Source: Calditrichales bacterium (lineage in GTDB: Bacteria > Calditrichota > Calditrichia > Calditrichales > J004). From it: DNA of 64,000 nucleotides. Where the stretch lies: contig OZ254086.1 in assembly GCA_965267575.1 (NCBI GenBank), positions 2,176,001 to 2,240,000 on the forward strand. The letters are read 5' to 3'. The notes beneath the pieces are model-generated. The model saw nothing but the letters and a program-made list of their open reading frames with translations. It did no database searches and was not told the origin of the DNA. Shown one piece after another: positions 59,325 to 64,000 of this stretch. The position numbers were made by a program, and so were the translations under genes. How positions within the stretch are numbered: the first letter of the stretch is position 1; each line of letters starts with the position of its first letter.

Positions 59325-59639
59325 TTAAACACAACCTTGCGGCTTCCCAAGCCCGGAAATCTTGGCTGCTTTTTTGGCCGGGCCATTTGGAAACAAGCTG
59401 TAGAGTTCTTTTGTGGGAACACCACCGCTGTTTTTGATGCGGCGTACTGTCGGGATTTGTCCTTTTTCGGAAAAGTCGGAACGCATAAAGCGAATCACGT
59501 CCCAATGGCGGTCTGTCAATTCGATTCCTTCTTCGGATGCCAACTCCGGGGCCATCTCTTCCGTCCAATCCTGGGGGTTGGTTAAAAAACCCTCGTCATT
59601 AACGTCAACGGTCTTTCCTGCGAATGTTTTGCTAGGCAT
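59325..59639 (-). CDS. TusE/DsrC-family sulfur-relay protein (single C-terminal Cys)
   Basis: 'EGFL..P.DW.EE.A..LA..EGI.LT..HW.VI.F.R', 'LY.LFP.GPAK.A.KI.GL.KP.GCV'. Confidence 0.9.
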   Translation of the reverse strand: MPSKTFAGKTVDVNDEGFLTNPQDWTEEMAPELASEEGIELTDRHWDVIRFMRSDFSEKGQIPTVRRIKNSGGVPTKELYSLFPNGPAKKAAKISGLGKPQGCV

Positions 59640-59640
59640 T

Positions 59641-60345
59641 TTATTGCTCCTTTTTGAGTGTAGTTAATTGTTCTTGTTGTTGGGGTTGTCCTGAGATATT
59701 TTTCACAAATTCGAGCGCAAAATAGAGCCCTCTTTTTACTTCCGGGTCATTTAATTGCCGCAATAGGCGGGTAAGGCTGATATCGCGTTCGATTGCAATA
59801 TCCATATGCTGGAAAAACTGCAGCGCGTTATTAACGCTGCTTAGCATTTGCGGCTGAGTCATGCTTTTTACGGTTAGCAATATGGTTGTAATATTTTCCC
59901 GAAGCAGTTTTACATCCTGCGGGCTAAAAGACGTTACGATCGTATCAATGATCTTTATAAGCTCGCTGCCAAATTCAAAATAGCCCTTTTTGTCCATTTC
60001 ATTCAGGTTATCAAGCAGTTGGTCAAACATCTGCTTACCCAGTGGCTGCAGGTCTGCAAACAGATCGCGCGCTCCCTCAAACTGGTCCATTACCTGGTTT
60101 AAGTTGCGGGTGTTGCGCATCAGTTTTTTTAGCAACAGCAATGCATCTTTGGTTTCAAAGTAAGGGGCAACGTCAGAGAGCTCTTCCACGGCCGAGTCAA
60201 ACATATCTTTGGCGATAAGTGACATGTCCTTTTTTAGCTCATCCATCTCCTGCTGGCGCTTCTGCTGTTCGGCAACGTAGCCGGCCAGCGTGTCCAGCTT
60301 GTTGTTTATATCCTGCAATTGTTGTTCTATGTTGAGGTCTGCCAT
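59641..60345 (-). CDS. DUF1641-like helical protein
   Basis: Coiled-coil N-terminus; C-terminal 'SL..LLRQLNDPEVKRGL.F.L.F.K'; directly downstream of SQR. Confidence 0.7.
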   Translation of the reverse strand: MADLNIEQQLQDINNKLDTLAGYVAEQQKRQQEMDELKKDMSLIAKDMFDSAVEELSDVAPYFETKDALLLLKKLMRNTRNLNQVMDQFEGARDLFADLQPLGKQMFDQLLDNLNEMDKKGYFEFGSELIKIIDTIVTSFSPQDVKLLRENITTILLTVKSMTQPQMLSSVNNALQFFQHMDIAIERDISLTRLLRQLNDPEVKRGLYFALEFVKNISGQPQQQEQLTTLKKEQ

Positions 60346-60347
60346 AT

Positions 60348-61577
60348 TTATACCCTCATCTTTCCGGCCATATTCATTTGTGCTTCTATAGGTAGCTCCG
60401 CTCCTTTCAGCAGCAGGTTCCAGTAAACCCAGCGGAAGGTCATTTTACCCCAGTGGTTCATGCGGGTCTCTTCAAGCAGTGAAAACGGCCCAACACCCGG
60501 AAGCGGGAACTTCCCCGGAAGCGGTTCAACATCATAGTTAAAGTCTATAAGTATCCCTTTGCCAAAACCGGATTCAATAAAACAGTTGGCGTGACCATCA
60601 AAAGAAGCCGCTAGCGGACGGTCTTCGATAAAACGCAGGATGTTTTCGTGTAATACATCCGATTCGAAGTGTGCGACAGAACCGGCTTTGGAGCTGGGCA
60701 GGTCCGTGGCATCACCCAGAACAAATATGTTGTCGTAGTTGAGTGCCTTTAGAGAGCTTTTATCGGTGGGGATGAAGTTCAGGTCATCACCCATGCCGGA
60801 ATCCGCGATAACCTGCGCGCCCATGTTTGTAGGAATCGTTATTAGAAGGTCATAATCGATGGTCTCTTCATCCCAGGAAACGATTTTGTTGCTGCCGCTG
60901 TCAACGCTACCGATGCTGAATTCGGGCTTTAGCTTGATGTTTTTCTTTTCTAGGAAATTTCCCAGAAATTTCGAAGCGACAGGTTTGGTAAACGCCCCGG
61001 GTAAAGGCGTTACATATTCGATTTCCACTTTGTCGCGAATACCTTGTTCGGTAAACCACCAGTCTGCCAGGAAAGCAAATTCCAACGGCGCAACCGGACA
61101 TTTAATAGGCATTTCGGTAATGTTTATCACCATTTTACCACCATCCCAAAACTTTAACCTGCTGGCCAGTGCCGTAGCGCCTTCGATGGTATAGAAATCG
61201 AAAATGTTTTTGTGCCAGGCGCCGTTAACCATACCTTCCGTCTCTTCCGGGTGTACCCGGGCGCCGGTGGCAATTATTAAAAGATCGTAGCCTAAAACAC
61301 GGTTATCCCCAAGTTTAACCTGATTTTTGTCAGGCACGATTTGTTCAATCGGGGCGATTATTACATCAATGTTATGGGGGAGGTAGTCGCGCCGCGGTTT
61401 AACAACATCTTCGCGGTTGTAAATGCCAAAGGGGATAAACAGAAAACCAGGCTGATAATAATGTGTTTCATGTTCATCAACAAGCGTTATGCTCCAATCT
61501 TTGGACAACGTGGGCGCCAATTTGTTAGCCATAATGGTACCCGCGGTACCACCTCCCAAAATAAGTAGTTTTTTCAT
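60348..61577 (-). CDS. sqr: Sulfide:quinone oxidoreductase (type III-like)
   Basis: 'ILGGGTAG', 'HYYQPG.LF', 'IKCPVAPLEF', 'LGDATD.P.SKAG..AH', 'GHANCF'. Confidence 0.85.
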   Translation of the reverse strand: MKKLLILGGGTAGTIMANKLAPTLSKDWSITLVDEHETHYYQPGFLFIPFGIYNREDVVKPRRDYLPHNIDVIIAPIEQIVPDKNQVKLGDNRVLGYDLLIIATGARVHPEETEGMVNGAWHKNIFDFYTIEGATALASRLKFWDGGKMVINITEMPIKCPVAPLEFAFLADWWFTEQGIRDKVEIEYVTPLPGAFTKPVASKFLGNFLEKKNIKLKPEFSIGSVDSGSNKIVSWDEETIDYDLLITIPTNMGAQVIADSGMGDDLNFIPTDKSSLKALNYDNIFVLGDATDLPSSKAGSVAHFESDVLHENILRFIEDRPLAASFDGHANCFIESGFGKGILIDFNYDVEPLPGKFPLPGVGPFSLLEETRMNHWGKMTFRWVYWNLLLKGAELPIEAQMNMAGKMRV

Positions 61578-62056
61578 TATGCAATTCCTGCTTTGGTTGT
61601 GGTTTCTTTATTTTCCTTGCGATTATAAATCACCTGTTTAAGTTTTTGACAATTAAACTCGGTGCGGTATACGGGGCAGGCACGGCAATCCGCATTTGTG
61701 CATTTCTCGCCTACTTTACGCAAATGCCAGCATGGTGCCGTGGCCTCATAATAGGCGGGGCAATTTCGGCAATCGTTATCGAGGCCGCCCTTCATCTCCC
61801 AGCAGGGTACCAGGCTCATCAGGCGTTTAATCCCCTGTACATTAAGACCGTGCTCCATAATCATACGGCGAATACATTGCAGTCTTTCCAGGTCGTGCAG
61901 GGAAAAGAGGCGGTGACCAGCGGCGTTTTTTTCTGAGAGAACCAGCCCCTCCTGTTCATAAAAACGAACGGTTTGGACGGTTACATTCAGTTTTTTGGCT
62001 ACCACTCCTATAGTCAGATTGGCGTCGTAGTACCATTCTTTTTCTTCGGGGCTCAT
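61577..62056 (-). CDS. MerR (HspR-like) regulator with C-terminal Cys-rich 'two-CW' domain
   Basis: 'TIGVVAK.L.V.VQT.R.YE.EGL..R.FS..DL.RL..I'; then CW..C..CPAY..CW..C..C..CPVY..C. Confidence 0.85.
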   Translation of the reverse strand: MSPEEKEWYYDANLTIGVVAKKLNVTVQTVRFYEQEGLVLSEKNAAGHRLFSLHDLERLQCIRRMIMEHGLNVQGIKRLMSLVPCWEMKGGLDNDCRNCPAYYEATAPCWHLRKVGEKCTNADCRACPVYRTEFNCQKLKQVIYNRKENKETTTKAGIA

Positions 62057-62071
62057 ATTTCATTTTCCTTA

Positions 62072-62104
62072 TATCTACAATCTAAATTGTAGGTTAGGGG
62101 TCAA
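62072..62104 (-). promoter_or_regulatory. Putative promoter/operator of the sulfur operon
   Basis: A -35-like TTGACC (62104-62099, minus strand) lies next to a perfect dyad CTACAAT-N4-ATTGTAG (62075-62092), about 20 bp from the MerR start codon. Confidence 0.6.
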
Positions 62105-62339
62105 AAATATGGCTTGCGTAATTTTTCACAAGCCTAAATTTCATTGATAATTTACGAAATGATTTTGCGAAGTAAACAGTTTTTAGAGTTTTTTGATAAA
62201 AAATTCACAATTACCTGGCGTTTTGTGAAAGGTTGGACAAAATCGCTTTCCTTTTGTATTTTCAAAATTTTGCAAAAAAACACCGCATTAAGCTTTTTAC
62301 CGGGACAATCAGATCTAAAAGACTTTATCAGGAGATAAC

Positions 62340-64000
62340 ATGGCTGTTAAGAAAAAACTGGCAGGTTTGGACAAAAAAAAGCTTCTGGCCTTGCACAAAA
62401 ATATGGTAATGTCGCGCATGCTTGATGACAAGATGCTCATCCTATTGAAACAGGGTAAAGGCTTTTTCCATATTGGCGGATCGGGGCACGAAGCGATTCA
62501 AACAGCGGCAGCATTTGCCATGAAACCCGGTTATGATTACGCCTATCCCTATTACCGCGATCTTGCCTTTTGCCTGCAATTTGGTGTGACCGCTACGGAA
62601 ATCATGGAACTGTTTATGGCGCGCGCCAGTGACCCCAGCAGCGGCGGCAGGCAGATGTCCAACCACTACGGGCATCGTAAACACAACATTGTTTCACAAT
62701 CCAGCCCGACGGGAACGCAGTACCTGCAGGCCGTTGGTTGTGCCATGGGCGCCAGGAAATCGGGCAGCGATGATATTGTATATGTCTCTTCCGGCGAAGG
62801 CACAACGGCGCAGGGAGATTTTCATGAAGCACTGAACTGGGCCACGCGTGACAAGCTGCCGGTTATTTTCATGGTGGAAAACAACCAGTATGCGATTTCC
62901 GTGCATGTTTCCAAACAGGTGGCCGGATCATCGGTTTATAAAATAGGTGCCGGTTACGAGGGGCTGGAACGATTTGTCGTTAACGGTACTGATTTCTTCG
63001 AGAGCTATGAAGTGATGCAGAGAGCGGTTGAGCATACCCGCTCCGGCAAAGGCGCCGTCCTGGTGGAAGCCAACACCGTCCGCTTGCTGCCACACTCCTC
63101 TTCCGATTCCCATAAAAAATACCGCAGCGCTGAAGAGTTGGAAGATGACTTGCGCCGCGATCCAATCCCTCTGTTTGAAGAGATGCTGATCAAAGAGAAG
63201 ATAGTGCAGCGCGACGAGCTCGATGAAATGAAAAAGGCGTACAAAAAAGAGGTGGATCAGGCGGCGGATGATGCCGAGGAAAAACCGCAGCCGGAGCCGG
63301 ATACGCTGTATACCCACCTGTTGGCTGAAGAAGATGAACTGGAGTATGAAGCATCCGAGCCGTCCGGTGAAAAGATCGTTATGGTGGACGCAATTAACCA
63401 TGCCTTGAAAGAGGAGATGGAGCGCAACGAGCACATGTATGTCTTCGGGCAGGATGTGGCCGACGGCAAGGGCGGCGTATTTACCGCCACCCAGGGTATT
63501 TCATCCATGTTTGGTGAAGAGCGCTGCTTTAACGCGCCGCTGGCGGAATCAAGTATTGTCGGCGTGGGTATCGGTATGGCTGTACGCGGCCTGAAACCGG
63601 TGGTGGAGATCCAGTTTGGCGATTATATCTGGACGGCGATGATGCAGATCCGCAATGAGCTGGCCACCATGCGCTGGCGTTCCAACGGCAACTGGGCCGC
63701 GCCCATGGTTATCCGCGTGCCGGTGGGCGGCTATATCCACGGCGGTTTGTGTCATTCGCAAAATATAGAAAGCTTTTTTGCCCATTTGCCGGGCATCAAG
63801 ATCGCTTACCCCAGTAATGCCATCGATGCAAAGGGGCTGTTGAAAACGGCAATTCGCGGAAACGATCCGGTGCTCTTCCTGGAGCACAAGGGGCTTTACC
63901 GCCAAAGCTATGCCGCCCGCCCCGAACCCGGTGCCGATTACCTGCTGCCGTTTGGCAAGGCCCGCGTCGTGCAGGAAGGTGACGATCTGACCGTGGTAAC
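62340..64000 (+). CDS. Fused alpha/beta E1 component of a 2-oxoacid (probably branched-chain) dehydrogenase; runs off the window end
   Basis: Absent from the ORF track. AGGAG, then ATG 62340: MAVKKKL..FFHIGGSGHEA; ThDP motif 'GEGTTAQGDFHEALN..ENN.YAIS'; continues in frame into beta motifs 'FGQDVADGKGGVF', 'PLAESSIVG', 'EIQFGDY', 'HSQN'. Confidence 0.92.
   Translation, partial: MAVKKKLAGLDKKKLLALHKNMVMSRMLDDKMLILLKQGKGFFHIGGSGHEAIQTAAAFAMKPGYDYAYPYYRDLAFCLQFGVTATEIMELFMARASDPSSGGRQMSNHYGHRKHNIVSQSSPTGTQYLQAVGCAMGARKSGSDDIVYVSSGEGTTAQGDFHEALNWATRDKLPVIFMVENNQYAISVHVSKQVAGSSVYKIGAGYEGLERFVVNGTDFFESYEVMQRAVEHTRSGKGAVLVEANTVRLLPHSSSDSHKKYRSAEELEDDLRRDPIPLFEEMLIKEKIVQRDELDEMKKAYKKEVDQAADDAEEKPQPEPDTLYTHLLAEEDELEYEASEPSGEKIVMVDAINHALKEEMERNEHMYVFGQDVADGKGGVFTATQGISSMFGEERCFNAPLAESSIVGVGIGMAVRGLKPVVEIQFGDYIWTAMMQIRNELATMRWRSNGNWAAPMVIRVPVGGYIHGGLCHSQNIESFFAHLPGIKIAYPSNAIDAKGLLKTAIRGNDPVLFLEHKGLYRQSYAARPEPGADYLLPFGKARVVQEGDDLTVV

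Noticed and set aside
59325-61577. Dissimilatory sulfite reductase (dsr) system
   Set aside because: There is no dsrAB or dsrMKJOP, and the DsrC-family protein has only one Cys.

Overview
Bacterial chromosomal window. The organism is probably from the FCB superphylum and Calditrichota-like, inferred from T9SS-type 'QNYPNPFN' C-terminal domains, a PorV-like barrel and clear Shine-Dalgarno sites. About 1-21 kb is an accessory surface/biosynthesis region. It holds three secreted proteins with T9SS-like sorting domains, interleaved with a CrtC/lipocalin-like enzyme, a rifampin-phosphotransferase/PigC-like PEP-utiliser, a GT-B glycosyltransferase, a methyltransferase, a Wzx flippase, two geranylgeranyl-reductase-family flavoproteins and a radical SAM enzyme. 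A PorV-like gene, an AraC regulator, a polysaccharide deacetylase and a tail-anchored receiver protein follow. At 21.8-26.4 kb, gdhA is followed by a GAF-like/ATP-grasp/nucleotidyltransferase fusion. 26.6-51.6 kb is housekeeping: the dcw cluster (mraZ to ftsZ) converges on purN-purH-mreBCD-mrdA-rodA-cpoB. 51.7-57.3 kb holds an LD-carboxypeptidase, a decayed FIST/NosP gene in front of a hybrid histidine kinase, and serA. 57.4-62.1 kb is a sulfur-handling operon (Cys-rich MerR, SQR, DUF1641-like, TusE/DsrC, DsrE2, FadL-like channel). The window ends in a fused 2-oxoacid dehydrogenase E1 gene. No rRNA, tRNA, CRISPR or IS elements were recognised. The best candidates for undescribed systems are the 1.8-14.8 kb tailoring cluster, the gdhA-linked kinase/nucleotidyltransferase, and the sulfide operon with its Cys-rich MerR. 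All family calls are from motif recognition by eye; no database search was run.
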